The notes beneath the pieces are model-generated. The model was not told the DNA's origin and ran no database searches. It was given only the letters and a program-made list of their open reading frames with translations. The translations under genes were made by a program, and so were the position numbers. From Geosiphon pyriformis uo1 (taxonomy: Eukaryota > Fungi > Glomeromycota): DNA of 64,000 nt. This document shows, piece after piece, positions 1-13,429 of this stretch (position 1 is its first letter; each line of letters opens with the position of its first letter). Location: assembly GCA_016748015.1 (NCBI GenBank), contig JAAOMT010000031.1, forward strand, positions 400,372-464,371, given 5' to 3'.

Positions 1-3000
1 CGGTCTTTTTATGGCAAGTATTTTTCAACATAAAGTTTAAAAATAATTTTAATTTTTTTAATCAAGCAAGCAAAAAGATAAATCTCAAATTAATTTTAAG
101 AAAAAATATTTTGTATGCTATCTTATGTTAACTTTTAATAGTTCGAAGTGAGATTTGGGTTATAGGATTATGTTAAACGTTTTTTCATACTGTTTTTTAT
201 AAATTTGCATTAGAATTTTGTCCAAAAACTGAAAATAAAAAATTCCAAAATTTGGCAATCGAAAAGATTAAGATTATTTTTTTAAAAAAATTCGATTCAA
301 ATTTGTCATTAAAATATTATTTAAATACAAAAAATTCAATGAAACTTTTTGCTTGATTTTTATGAAAATGTATTTTTTTTATATGTAATCATTTTTTCAA
401 TTATACTTTATACTGTATATTATTATATTTAAAAATTTTTTAATTTTATATAATTTTAATTTATTTATATAATTTAAATACTGGTATTAAGTTGTTTTGT
501 TTATCTAACAATAATAATATAAATTTAATATATTTAAATAATATGTGTAAAAGTTTTTTAATTACAATGAATGATAATAGTATTAATTTTAAAATTTAAT
601 ATTGTTTTTATAACTAAAAGAATATAAATAAAAATATAAATAGTAATTATAATTTAATATTTTTGCATAATGGTATTATTTTATATTGACATTTTGTTTA
701 TTATATTTATAATATTATATATAATATATATTTTAACTTTAATTTTTAATATTTTTATTATTAATTATTATAAAATATATAATTGTATATTTAATTAATT
801 AGTTATAAAAATATTTTTTTGTTAACAAATTATTTAATATTATAAATATTAATAATAATAAAAACTTTATTTTTGTTAATTTTTATATTATATAATTAAA
901 ATTTTTAATTTTAGTTATTATTATTTTTGTTAATTATATAATTATTAACTTAATTATTGATTTGATTATTAACCAAATTATTAATGTAAATACTAATTTA
1001 ATTATTAGATTTTTAAAAAATATATAAGTAAAATCTTCTAAAATTATAAAAATTTATTTATATTTGAATTAATTTATTTAATAAAAATTAATACAATAAT
1101 ATCAACTTTTTTATTTTATTATTATTATTTATTTTTTTATTTTTTATTTGTATTTTGTTAGTTTTTGTAAAATATATTAAATAAATATTTATTAAAAAAT
1201 ACAATTAATATTTAATATTAAATTTTAAAAGCATATTAATGTATTATTTTTTGTTAACAGTACAAATTATTAAATTTTTTGTTATTTTTTTAAAAAAATA
1301 ATCTTGCATATTAAATTTTTACAAATTTAATTTGTTTATTAAGTTAAATTTATTTTTTAATTATTTTATTACTATATAATACTGTTTTTTTTGTAATCTA
1401 TTAGTATATTATATATTAATTATAACAATATTGCTAAAAACCAAAAAACCAAAAAAAATTTATTTTATTTTTTTATTTAGTTGTTTTTATTAAGTTTTTT
1501 TTTATTAATTTTTTTATTTAAAAATTGATAATAAATATTTTTATTAGAAATATATTCAAAAATATAATTAAAAAAAATCAACTTAGATAACGAAAAAGAT
1601 ATAAATAAATACAGTATTACAGATAAAAATAAAATGATTAAAACTAATATTAATATATATATAAAAATATTATGATAAAAAACCAGTTTTTAATTTAAAA
1701 AATAACATTAAAATTCCAAATAATTTAAAAAAATATTATTATAATTAAAGATTTTTTAATAATATTATTTAAAAAAGTAATATAGTTGTAAATATTAATC
1801 TTAAATATATAAATTTTTATATAAATTAAAAAGTAATTTTTTAAATTTGGTAAAATTATATCAATTAAAATACAGTTTATTAACTTATAATAAAAACTGT
1901 TATTAAATTTGTTAATTTAGCTTAAATTAATTTAATAGTTTTTAAATAATTTATTTTAATTAAAAAATGTTATTTATTTTATGTTTAATTTATTATTTTA
2001 ATGGCTTAAACAAAAACTATTTTAATAATAATATATTTTTAAGTAATATTTTTTTTAATAATACAAAAACCATTTAAACTATAATTTATTAAGTTAAAAT
2101 ACAATTTTGTTAATCGTATAAAACAAATAATAAAATTGATAAAAAAATTAAAAATACTTAAATTAAAAGTTTCTTAATTTTATTCTAAATATAAGTTTTT
2201 AATAACTTTTTTAATTAAAATTTAATATAAATAAAAAATTTAGCTTTAATTTTAATATAATTTTTTAATAATTATATATGTTTGAAAAATTTTAATTTAC
2301 AATATAAATATAAACAATTTTGTCAAACAAAAAATATTATTAATACAAAAACCAAGTTAAAAAAAGGATTCTAAAATTAAAAAATTAAAAAAGTAAAATT
2401 TTTGTATTAAACAAAAAAAATAAATATTTAACTTTTAAAATAATTTGTATAATCAATAATATTACTTAATATATTTAATATATTAAAAAATTACAAAAAT
2501 TAATAAATCAATTAATATTAAATTATTGTTTTAAGACACATAAATATTTATATTAAGCTTTTATTAAAAAAAGATTAAATCAAATTAGTCTTATTAATAA
2601 AATAATTTTATAATAATAATAATAATAATAATAATAATTTTACTTAATATTAATTATATTATATATTATTTTTATTTTAAATATAAAATAAATATGATAT
2701 GTAAATCTATTTTATAAAATACAAAAAAAAATTTTAAAAGCAATAATAAGTAATATTATTAATGTTTATTTTTATTTTAAAATAAATAATCAAATCTTAT
2801 TTAAAATTCAAAAAACAAAATAAATAAATATTAAATCCAATTTATATTATTAAAATTATTAAAATAATTAATAAGAAAATATAATTATTAAAAACTTAAT
2901 TTAAAATAAAAATAAAAAAATTATTAAAGAAATTATAAAAGTTAAATATTATTAAAAGTAATATTTTAATAAGATAAATTTTTAATGAAAAAAATTATAA

Positions 3001-3382
3001 AACAAAAAAAATAGAATATAGAAAAAAAAACTTACTATTTACTATAAAAATATAATAAAAAATTGATTTAATAAGAATTAATATTTTTTTTAACTTGCAA
3101 AAAGAATATATATTAATTATTTATATATAAATTCATTAATTTATTTTAAATTTGTTTAATATATTATTTTTAAAATTAATAAAAATAAATTAATATTTAA
3201 TTTTTTAGATAAAAATACTATATAAAATTTATTAAAACGCTTAAAACATAAAATAATTATGTTTTAAACTAAAACTTAAAAAAATTTAACTATAAAAAAC
3301 CATATATTTAATTGAATTTATTATTTATATAAACTATTTAAATAATTTAATTGTTTTTATTTTTATATAATAATATTAATAT

Positions 3383-4061
3383 TGTTATGAGTTAGAATAG
3401 CAAGCTAATGGATAGCAAGAGAGAACAGAATTGTAAGATAATGAAAGAAATCAAAGAAAATTCAACTTCAAAGAATGAATTAAATGAGTATAGATTTAAT
3501 ATATGAAATCAGTTTCATAAAATATTTCAGTTGCTATACTTTTTAAAGAATAACCAAGAAATCTAAAGATAAAAAAATAGTCTGTACTGTCAACAAATAA
3601 TTACATACTAATATAATTTTATGCTTCATGTCAGCACTCTTAAAATTCAATATTAGGTATTAAATATATTCTTCAGTCATATTTTATTCAATAATCTTTA
3701 AATGCTACAATTACACATTTCAAAAAAAAGATAAGGAATAACCAACAAGTAATCATTTATTCTAAGATATTTAGATACTTGAAAGTAAGGAAAAAAAAAT
3801 TAGCAATAAGAGAATAATTGAAATGAAAGTTGTAATTTTATTTTATTTTATTTTTTAATTCTTACATGTTTTTTTATAGTTAAAAGATTCATTACTTATA
3901 TAGTTATCAAAAGTAGTTAATGATCAGGTCAATAACTAAGTCAATAATCAGATCAATGATTAGATCAATGATCATTATCTAAAAATAGAGTGACTAATTA
4001 TATGACATTAGTGGCTAATATATGTAATAATTAATAAGAAGTATAGGTTTCAATTATAACA
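3383..4061 (-). repeat. 3' LTR of Gypsy-1 (679 bp)
   Basis: TGTTAT...ATAACA termini. Direct repeat of 10365-11018. Contains a 12-bp tandem (AATGATCAGGTC-like). Confidence 0.93.
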
Positions 4062-4072
4062 TTATCCTCTCC
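4062..4072 (-). promoter_or_regulatory. Polypurine tract of Gypsy-1
   Basis: Minus strand reads GGAGAGGATAA directly before the 3' LTR. Confidence 0.8.
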
Positions 4073-4688
4073 AAAAAGATTGAGCTCTGGCAAAATCAAA
4101 GCTATTTATAATGTAATCTAATTGAAAAGTTTTATCTAACTTAAAGCTAACTAGTTTGTTGAAGTTTTTTGTAGATAAGATATATAATACTTAAGACAAA
4201 ATGAGTTTTATATCCAAGAGACCAAATTTTTGTATTAAAATTTTGGTTTTTTTAGCAATAGTTAAAATTCTTGAAACATCTAACTATATAATGTTCAAAA
4301 TTTCTGTCTGTATTTTTGAAGTGGTTTTTTTTATGAGTTTTATATTCTCTATGATTTCTCCAAGATGACCATAGAGTTCTAATTGCCTTTTATATAACAA
4401 ATTTTTGTTTATAGGCAAGATTTCTTAGATGGCTTTTCCAATTATGCTAAAAGATGTGAATATAGCTGCTGTTATACTTTCTAACAAATATTTATCTATT
4501 TTGCTACCAATTTTTTCTCTTTTAATAGTAGTTTTCTTTGGTCTAATAACAGTATGTGTTCCACTGTTATTAATTATAGTAGTTTGTTTTCCAATAGTCA
4601 GAGTAGCATTTGAATAGTTTTTAATTTAATACTTATAGAGAGTATAGAAAGTGTTTTGAATGTTTTGATCCAAAAAATAATTATTCAT
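4062..4688 (-). pseudogene. Extra ORF (ORF3) of Gypsy-1, unknown function
   Basis: Manual translation MNNYFLDQNIQNTFY...LYGHLGEII...DFARAQSFWRG*, with a few stops and one apparent frameshift. Same position and C-terminal motif as ORF3 of Gypsy-2. Confidence 0.65.
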
Positions 4689-4779
4689 GTTGATTAAAAA
4701 TACCTTTGTTTTGGGAATAGTGCATTTATTTATATTTGACTTTTGCTGATCATTTAGGTTAATATTACCACAACAGACA

Positions 4780-7700
4780 ACCAATTAGGTTGTTTATAAT
4801 ATTTCTTAAGTTGTGTATTATGAACAGAACAATTATTAAAGATTGTTCCAGATTAATCTTGAAAAATATAAGAATTATTGTTCAAAACTTTGTTGATTAT
4901 AAAGGGTTTTTTCCATTAGTTAAAGAATTTATCATCATAAACATTGTTTCTGTCTAAATGATATTCTAATACTAAGTTATCAATACTTAAAAAAAGTGTT
5001 TTATAGGTTTTTTTTTTCTTAAGCTTTTCTTGAAACTGTTTTATTTTTTTAAAAGCAATTATTTGTGCTTCTATCAAAAAGTCAAGAATGGTACCAAGTT
5101 TTTTTTGCAAAATGTCTTTGTAATTTTCTATTGTGATCTCTTCAAAGAATATTGTCTTAATATTAGTTTCTATTGGTAGTGTTACTATGTATCCATAGAA
5201 CAGATAAAAAAGTTTATAACTTGTTATGTTATGATTCACAGTTCTATAAACAAACAAAGCTAAAAGCAGTACTTTGTTTTATAAGTTTGTTTTTTCACTG
5301 GTTTTGGTTAGGGTTTCATATAATGTTCTATTGAAATATTCTACTAGGCCATTTGTTTAGAAGTGGTAGGTAGAAGAAAGTTTGTAATGTATTTCCATTT
5401 TTCTGCAAAGTTCTTTAACCAGTATACTGAGAAAAGCTTTTTTTCTATTAGATAAAAGTTTTTTGGAACAGCCATAACAGCAAATAATATTTTCATAAAT
5501 AAAATTGACTATTGAGACTGCTGTTTGATCTGAAGTGGCTCTTGTTTCTACCTATTTTGTAAGATAATCAGTAACTATGATAATATATCTATTGCCATCA
5601 AAAGTTATTGTTAAAGATCCAACAACATCTATATCAATTCTGTCAAATGGTTGATCAACAGAAATTGGATGGATATCTTTTTTGCAATTAGGTTTGTCTC
5701 TTCTTTGGCAGATATCACAGGTTTTAATGTATTCAGCAATGTCCTTTCCCAAGATAGATCAATAATAGTGAGTTAAAGTTTACTGAATTGTTTTTGTTTT
5801 TCCAAAGTGTCCAGCTAATGGGTTAGTGTGTATGTTGTATATTACAATTTTTCTTTCTTCAAATTTGATGACTTTTTGAGAGCAGTCAGAATCTTTTCTG
5901 TTTCTTTTATATAATTAGTTCTGGTGGATTAAATAGAAATTTGATTGTTTGCATAAATGTTCTCTTTGCTGTTAAGTGTATTCTGGTGGATATTGTCCTT
6001 TACCTAAAAATTTCATTAAAGCAGAGTAGCTGTTCAAGTCTATTATTATGTTTGTTTGTGAAGAAGTTACTAATAATTAGGTTGGTTTGGTTTAAGAGAT
6101 TGTACTATCACTGGATAGTAAGTCTAAAAAAAGCATTGGTGTTTTGATGATTTGCTTTTTTGTAATATTGAATATTATAGTTAAATTCATCCAAGTGGAG
6201 TATCCAGTAAGTTATTTGTTTGTGTTCCAGCTTCTTTTTATTGCACAGCCAAACCAAGGCTTGATAATCTGTTACTACTAAGAATTTTACATCAAGAAAA
6301 TATTGATCCCAGTAACTAGTAGTCCAAACTACTGCTAAACATTTTTGTTCAGTTATTGAATAGTTCTTTTCTGCTGGTGTGAAAGTTCTATTGACATATA
6401 CTATAGCATATTCTCTGCCATTTTTATTTTTTTGTGAGAAGACAACACTAAGTCTATAGCCAGAAGTATCAGTGTAGAAAATAAAAGATTGGTTTAGATC
6501 AGGTTGCTTAAAGATTGGTTTAGTAACAAGTTTTTCTTTCAGAATTTCAAAAGCTTTTTGTTGATAAGTGCCTTAGTAGTAATTGACATTTTTTCTGAGT
6601 AGCTAATTGAGAGAAAAAACAATTTTGGAGAAATTTTTAATAAATTTATGATAATAAGAAGCCAAACCAAGAAAAGAGCATAGTTCAGAAACATTCATTA
6701 GTTGTCTAATGTTCTGGACTTTTTCAATCTTAACTGGATCAGAAAAGATTTCATCTTTTGTAATAAGATGACCAAGGAACTAGATGAATTAATGTCCAAA
6801 GAAAGATTTGATTAAGTTGATCTTAAGGCCAGTATTTTCGAGCAGATCAAAAACCTTTTGCAAATGTTCAAAGTGTTCATCTCAGGTTTTTGAGTAGACC
6901 ATTATGTTATCTAAGTAGACCAAAACAAAGTTTTCTTTTACTGATTTAAATACTTTGTCCATTAAGCATTGAAAGATGGGAGGAGTATTGGTAAGACCAA
7001 AAAAATGATTGTAAATTTATAGGTGCTATACTTGGTAATGAAAGCAGTTTTTTTTCTGCTTTCTGAATTTATTTCTACTTGCCAGAATCCAGCAGTTAAA
7101 TTAATAGTTAAGAAAAAAGCAGCATCATTGAATTTGTCTAATATTGTATTAATTTTAGGGAGTAGGTATATGTCTCTTATAGTGATGGTATTTAATTGGT
7201 GGTAGTCAACACAAAAGCATAAGGTTCCATCTTTTTTGGATACTACTACAACTAAAAAAGTTCATTTACTCTTGGTTTTGTGTATGAATTCAAGATTTTT
7301 TATCCAGTTTATCTCTTTTTTGATAAACTTATCATTGTATCAATTGGATTGATAAGGCTTCAAATGGATGTAACAAGTTTCTTTGGTGGTAATGGTGCAT
7401 TGTATCACATGAGTTCATCCAGAGGTGTTACTTTTTTTTGAGATAACTGGGTTATTTCTAGCCAACAGATTTTCAATGTCTATTTTTTTTTTTTAGGAGA
7501 AAGTTCTTTTTGTTCTATAACTAGTGATTGGATTTCAGATGATTCATTCTCAAAAAACTTTTGTACTTTTTTTAGTTTTTCTTTGGGTATCAAACTAATT
7601 GGCTCCCAATCTTTGTAATAGATTAGGCAGGACTTGTATTTATTATTAGAAAAATACAAAAATTTATTGCACCAGCATCTAATGCAAAGACTATGCCACC

Positions 7701-8693
7701 AATAACTGTATTTTGCTTTCTTGCCAGGTTTTTTATCAAAAATTCTTCTAAGAATATCATAGTAGGGTCAGCAGATTAGCTTGCCATTTATCATGATTCT
7801 TTTTTTGTTAACTTTAATATTGTTTAGTGGCTTGTCATTGCTGGTAAAGATAGTATATATAAATTTAGCAGATTTTTCTTGTTCTTTTTAATTTTTTTTT
7901 CATTACTCTTATCATCATCTGATTCATCTGTTTGTTTTTTTTCTTGGTTTTGCTTGGTTACTGGAAAAGTTGTTCAATAATGACATTTAACCACAATAAG
8001 TTTCTCACCACATCTAATGGTTAGCTTACAAAGTTTATAATCAAGTAATGCTTTGGCTTTCTTAAACCACTCATTGCCAACAATTATGGTGTACTTTTTT
8101 GCTTCAGATACTTTTATGTCAGTTTCAATGTTGATACCATTGATGCAAACAGAAATAGCTTTGGCTATACCTAGACCTTTTTTTTTGTCACCATGTACAT
8201 TGGTCATTAACTGGGTAAAAAGTTCATTAATCTTTCTGCCAATCATTTCAAAAAAATGTTTGACAATAATACTAACAGATAATCTACTGTCTAAAATCAG
8301 ATCAATAAAGTAACCAGCTATTTGGGCTTTGCAGATTAGAGGAGTGACATTACTGTTGTCAGCAAGTTCAGCTTGACAAAGACACTTGTTGGTTTTTGGA
8401 GTTTTTTTCTTTGGAATTAATAATTTGCAAAGATTTTTTCTAAACTGTAAATGGGTCATTAACTGGCCAAAAGTAATATGTGCTGGGATTTCTATAAGAT
8501 TTTTTACAAAGGAATAGGGTCCAGATTTTTGTACAATTTTTGAGGGTTTCAACTTTGGAGAATTCTTAAAAACTTTAGTCTTTGGTGACTTATTGTTATC
8601 AGCAGTAGAAGTTAAGGCTTTGTTGAAATCTAGAATAAAATTAATCTTAACTTTCTTCTTCTTTCTTATTAAGTCAGAAGTATTAATTGCCAA
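4780..8693 (-). pseudogene. pol: Gypsy-1 pol (protease, RT, RNase H, integrase), interrupted by stops
   Basis: ORF fragments 7974-8693 (aspartic protease), 5552-5752 (integrase Zn finger/core) and 4916-5257 (integrase C-terminal part). RT and RNase H motifs readable at about 6150-7400. Confidence 0.9.
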
Positions 8694-8799
8694 GTCATTA
8701 TCAGTTAAGTTAAAAGCATAAAAGAGGTTTTTTTTTGGTTGGCTTGTACTCTCACTCTTTGAAGATACATTTACTAATTTAAAGACTGATAAACAGTAG

Positions 8800-10312
8800 C
8801 TTTAATTAGGAAATTTTTTCCAAAGAAATTAATGTTGGCATGATTGGACTTTTGATTAGGGGCATTGTTGTTAATGGTTTTGTTGGTTTGATTGTCATTG
8901 TTTCTAAAAACTGAAGGAGGCAATGGAAAATTGTTGCAATATTTGGAAAAATGCCCAGTTAATCCACAGCAATAGCATACAAGTAGGCCATAATTTTGCT
9001 GTCTTTGATAAGGAGGCTGCTAAGGCTGATTAAAACATGATTCAAATCTAGGTCTTTGTGGTTGCTGATTGTCTTTAACTGCTTGGGCTAATAATTTTAA
9101 TAATCAAGCAAAATTTGCTGTAAGTCTATCTATTAACTGTTCATTGGAATTTTGAGTTTGGATGGCAAAAAAGGTAGCAGCTATTTGTGGAGCAGAAGCC
9201 ATAACAGAAGCAGAAGCAAAAACTGGAAAGGTGAATCTTAGATGCATTTTTTGGTTATCTTCTATTTTTTGGACAAGTTCAATAGCTATATCTATTGTGG
9301 AATTATCTTTCAAGACCAGAAAGAGCCAAAAAGCATATGATAGATCTGTTCTCAATCCTTTTGTAAAGGAATAAATCTTTTGTTCTTCTGTTTAGTTTCT
9401 TTCAGAGTCTACTCTTTTAATTAACTTTCTGATGGTTTTGGCATATTTAGTTACTATTTCACTAAAACCTTGGGTTTTTTTTTCTAGTTCCATGCATTAT
9501 TTAGATATTAAGATAGGAGTTCTAAATTTTATTTTAAATCAGGTAATAAAAAAGATGTTGTTTTTTTCAGCATTTGCTAGTGCCCATCTAATGATTTTTT
9601 GTTGAGCATTGGTATTAGTTTTTTGTAAAAACCAAGTAGCAGAAAAGCCTTAAAGATAGCCACCAACAATTTGAAACTTGTATTTATTATCATATTGGTT
9701 GACTGTAACAGCTCTTTTAAAGTCATTCAACCATTCAATTGGATCTTATATATCATTTCTGAATAATAGTAGTAAGATATTGTTTCTTCACTTTAAAGCA
9801 ATTTGTATGCCTTGGAGAGCAATCAAAATGTTTTGTTGTATAGAGTCATTAGCCATTGATTCAGGAGTAACTGTTTGTGTAAAATGTTCTGATTTACTTA
9901 AGAAGAGATCAAAAACAGGAGCAGTTTGATAGTTTTCTTTTTCTGTTTCAGCTAACTGGTGGACAGCAATTCAGATGTGAATTTGGTGATTTAAATATTC
10001 GAAATCAAGAGGCTGTTGTTCAAAGATTGTGAAATATAAAAGCTGATTAATGTTGTTGTTTTTTTTTTCAAAGTTGTTTTCAAGATAAGCTTGGTCAAAG
10101 TAGTAAGTTGTATAGGCTGTGTAGGTTTCAGCTGAATGCTTGTTCAAAAACCAGTTCCAAAAATTTTGGAATTGTCTACTGAGTTGTTTTTCAATGGAAA
10201 AGCAAATCAAGCAGAAAAGCAAAAAATTGAGTTCAATAAAGTTTAGATCATTTTTGTTGTGTGCTTCAAAGTGTTTTTCTGATTGTTGTGGCAAATATAA
10301 ATAATCACTCAT
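8800..10312 (-). pseudogene. gag: Gypsy-1 gag with N-terminal extension
   Basis: ORF fragments 9971-10312 and 9104-9355 share a frame. Capsid-like segment and a CCHC knuckle at about 8940-8985. Confidence 0.8.
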
Positions 10313-10340
10313 ACAATAAGAAACAAAGTGGATTTTGACA

Positions 10341-10358
10341 ACCTCACAGGGAGCACCA
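10341..10358 (-). promoter_or_regulatory. Primer binding site, probably tRNA-Ile(UAU)-like
   Basis: Minus strand TGGTGCTCCCTGTGAGGT, 6 nt inside the 5' LTR. Complementary to a CCA-ended tRNA 3' end. The tRNA identity is from recall of eukaryotic Ile(UAU) 3' ends. Confidence 0.75.
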
Positions 10359-10364
10359 CTTTTA

Positions 10365-11018
10365 TGTTACAGGTTGAAATAACAAGCTAATGGATAGTAA
10401 GGGAGAACAGGATTGTAGAGTAATGAAAGAGATCAAAGGGAATTCAACTTTAAAGAGTGAATTAAATAAGTATGGATTCAATGTGTAAGATCAGTTTTAT
10501 AAAATATCTTAGTTGCTATATTTTTCAAAAAATAACCAAAGAATCTGAAGATAAAGGGATAGTCTGTACTGTCAACAAATAATCACACATTGGTATAATT
10601 TTATGTCTTATATTAGTACTCTTAGAATTCAATATTAGGTATTAGATATACTTTTTAGTTACATTTTATTCAATAATCTTCAAATACTACAATTACATGT
10701 TTCAAAAAAAGAGTAAAAAATAACCAACAAGTAATTTTTTATTCCAAGATGTTCAGATACTTAAAGATAGAAAAAAGGAAATTAGCAATAAGAGAATGAT
10801 TGAAATAAAAGTTGTTATTTTATTTATTTTTTTCTTTAATTCTTACATGTTTTTCTATAGTTAAGAGATTCATCACTTATATAGCTATTAAAAGTGGTTA
10901 ATGATCAGGTCAATAATTAAGTCAATAATCACTATCTAAAAATAAAGTGACTAATTATATAATATCAATGGCTAATATATGTGATAATTAATAAGAAGTA
11001 TAGATTTTAACCATAATA
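10365..11018 (-). repeat. 5' LTR of Gypsy-1 (654 bp)
   Basis: Direct repeat of 3383-4061. Differences are almost all transitions. Confidence 0.93.
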
Positions 11019-11022
11019 ATAT

Positions 11023-11475
11023 TATGATAAAACTTTTTATTAATATTTTAATATAAGTTTTTTTTAAATTTTTGATATTATTATATGTTTATGTACTTTT
11101 TTTTAAAAACTAATCTGAAATTTATTTATTATTATAAAGTTTTTTTAAAATTATTCTTATAATTATTTAAAGTATTTTTTAATTTAAATATAGAATTACA
11201 ATAAAAAAAAGTAGTCTAATTAATAATAATATATTTAATCTTTATAATTTACATGATTTAACTAATAATTTATTTTGTAAAATAATTAGTATGTTTAATA
11301 TTGTTAAAACTTTTGCAATTAGTTTTAGTTTATATAAATATCTGTTTTTTCTGGTTTAAATAATAATAATAATAATAATAATATAAATATATAATATAGT
11401 TTTAATTGGTTCAAATGATTGGTTATATATAACAAATATGTAAATTATATTTAGTTATAAATAATAAAAAATAAA
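11023..11475 (+). mobile_element. Heavily AT-decayed 3' end of an older LINE copy (ghost)
   Basis: 11400-11460 (tttaattggttcaaatgattggttatatat...tttagtt) aligns by eye to the LINE-A 3' UTR (tctaattggtctgagtgactggtcacatgt...tttagtt). 11285-11360 aligns to the ORF2 C-terminus. Confidence 0.7.
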
Positions 11476-11629
11476 AAACTTCTTTCTCTCCTACATCCTA
11501 AATTTCTGAAAAAGTGCATTTGTTAAAAAAAGTTTTTTACTGCCTTTATTTTCTATTGCTATTCAGTTAAACACTTCACAATCTTTTCTGTTTGAATACA
11601 AGACTGCTGTTGGCAGTAGCATTTCTGTT

Positions 11630-13429
11630 ATGAAAAAAGTCAAAAAGAAGTTACTGTCTGATTCTGTTGTGGTTGATACTTTTTCTAGAAAAAAGCACAA
11701 GAGTGGTTTATTGAAAAAATCTGTTAAAGTGATCAGAATTTCTGCTAGTGGTGTCTTTGATGGTTTAGCTGAAAGTATAAGTAAAAATACTACTAAGTCA
11801 AAGAGTGTTGATATGGAAGAAAAGTATTTAATAGAGGAAACCAGCTTTCAGCAAGAAAGTAAGGGAGAATCTGGTGATGATAATACTGAAATAATGCCCA
11901 AAGGTCTCAAAAGAGTTGTTACTAAACACACTTTTGGAAAGTTTCTAGGTACTATTGACTTCAGCATGAAAAATGATGATAATAATAATGTTTTGGATGG
12001 GTTATTCTCTTTTTTTCTCTCTCTCAAACATGTGGTGCAGATCTTGGTCAGAAAGTTTTTTGCTCTGAATATTGATCTTGTGGTAGTGGCTGGCAATTTC
12101 TCTCAGAAAAAGTTGGCTTATGTCAAAAAAATTTTCTCTAATGTGAATAGTTTTGAAAGGGCTTCTACTCCCTTAAAATTTGGTGGGATCATCTGGGCTT
12201 TTTTTACTTCTGAAAAAACAATGATGGCTGCAGCAAAATTAGCAAATAATTATGATGTTGTGATAAACACTAATCTCAAGTGTCTTATCAACAATCATAC
12301 AAATTGGGCAATTATGTTAAAAAAAAATCTGGTGGGAACATCTGTTAAGACTGTATGTACTGCTATAACTGAATTTGAAATCATCAAGTTGATCAAGATG
12401 CAGCTGGTTGGTCTATAACAGAAGATGATTATTGAGTTGGATAATTAGAATTAAGCTGATTTTTTGGCTGCTGAGTGGTCTATTCTTGTTGGAAAAAATG
12501 CAGGGCAGATGGCCAGAGCTGATGTTAATAAACAAACATGGAACTCCAAAGACAAGTTTAGAGCTTTGTTGTACACTTTTTCCATGAGTATGACTGCTCA
12601 TGATATCTGGAAGTTTATTGGTTTAGTTGGTGAGAAAACTTGTATCATTGATCATAATCCTATTACCTATGCTTGCACTCACTGCACTACTGTGTGTTTT
12701 GGTTCTAAGTCAGATCTAAATAGTGCTTTGGATATAACCCCAATTATAAAAGAAGTTGGTCTTCACTGGTCTTGCTTGTTGCTCACTCTGTGTTCAGTCT
12801 GTAAGGCTTTGGGCTATACATTCCTCTTTTGTAGGACTTCAAGTGGTTTGTCAGTTTTTAGAAGCAAGAAGGCTCCTTTTTCAGTTCATGATCAGTTCAG
12901 ACTGGCTAAGATTTATGAAAAAAAATCTGCATCTATCTTCCATCTCCTGTTTTTCAGTGACAAAACTTGGACTTTAGTAGTAAAAACCCCTTTAACAAAT
13001 GTATTTCATAGTAATAAACCTCATTTTGGTTCCATCAATGATAGTAAACTCTTCTCTCCTATTGTGAACGAATTGGAATTACAGTTGATTAACATTGAAA
13101 GTAGTCTCACCAACCTTGTAGGACAAATTAGTGAGTTGGCTAAGAGGTTAGATTCACTTATGTTAGTAGTTTCTTAGCCTAATCTTGAATGTCAGCTGCT
13201 GATAACCTTCCTATTACAGAATCCAGAGAGTAATATAGTAATGAGAGTGGATTTGGATGAGATTACTAGTGGTAAGACTGCTGCTGTTTTGAATCTTTCT
13301 TTATCCTCTCATGTAGTTAAATTAGAAAATATGTTAGAAAATCTTTTTGCTTCTATTTTGAGCTTGTCTACTCAATTTGATAGTTTGGTTCTGGCTGGTG
13401 ATGTGTATTCTCAACTCTTTTCTCAATGA
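11630..13429 (+). pseudogene. LINE-A ORF1 (nucleic-acid-binding protein)
   Basis: In-frame fragments 11630-12418, 12464-13177 and 13241-13429. Degenerate knuckle CSVCKALGYTFLFC. Coiled-coil-like C-terminus. Confidence 0.85.

Larger units (their letters stand above)
3383..11018 (-). mobile_element. Full-length, mutationally inactivated Ty3/Gypsy LTR retrotransposon (Gypsy-1)
   Basis: Paired LTRs at 3383-4061 and 10365-11018. 4-bp TSD ATAT at 3379-3382 and 11019-11022. Minus-strand order is gag (CCHC knuckle CYCCGLTGHFSKYC near 8960), protease (LILDSRLS), RT (VYLDNII near 6910), RNase H (FYTDTSG), integrase (CDICQ, PFDRIDIDVVG, DYLTK). PBS and PPT are present. Confidence 0.95.

Noticed and set aside
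1-3380. Specific element or gene in the initial AT desert
   Set aside because: Probably decayed TE sequence, but no motif could be aligned reliably by eye.
4429-9929. Small plus-strand hydrophobic ORFs (4429-4617, 5941-6147, 7023-7205, 8053-8313 and others)
   Set aside because: They are antisense shadows of A-rich Gypsy coding sequence.
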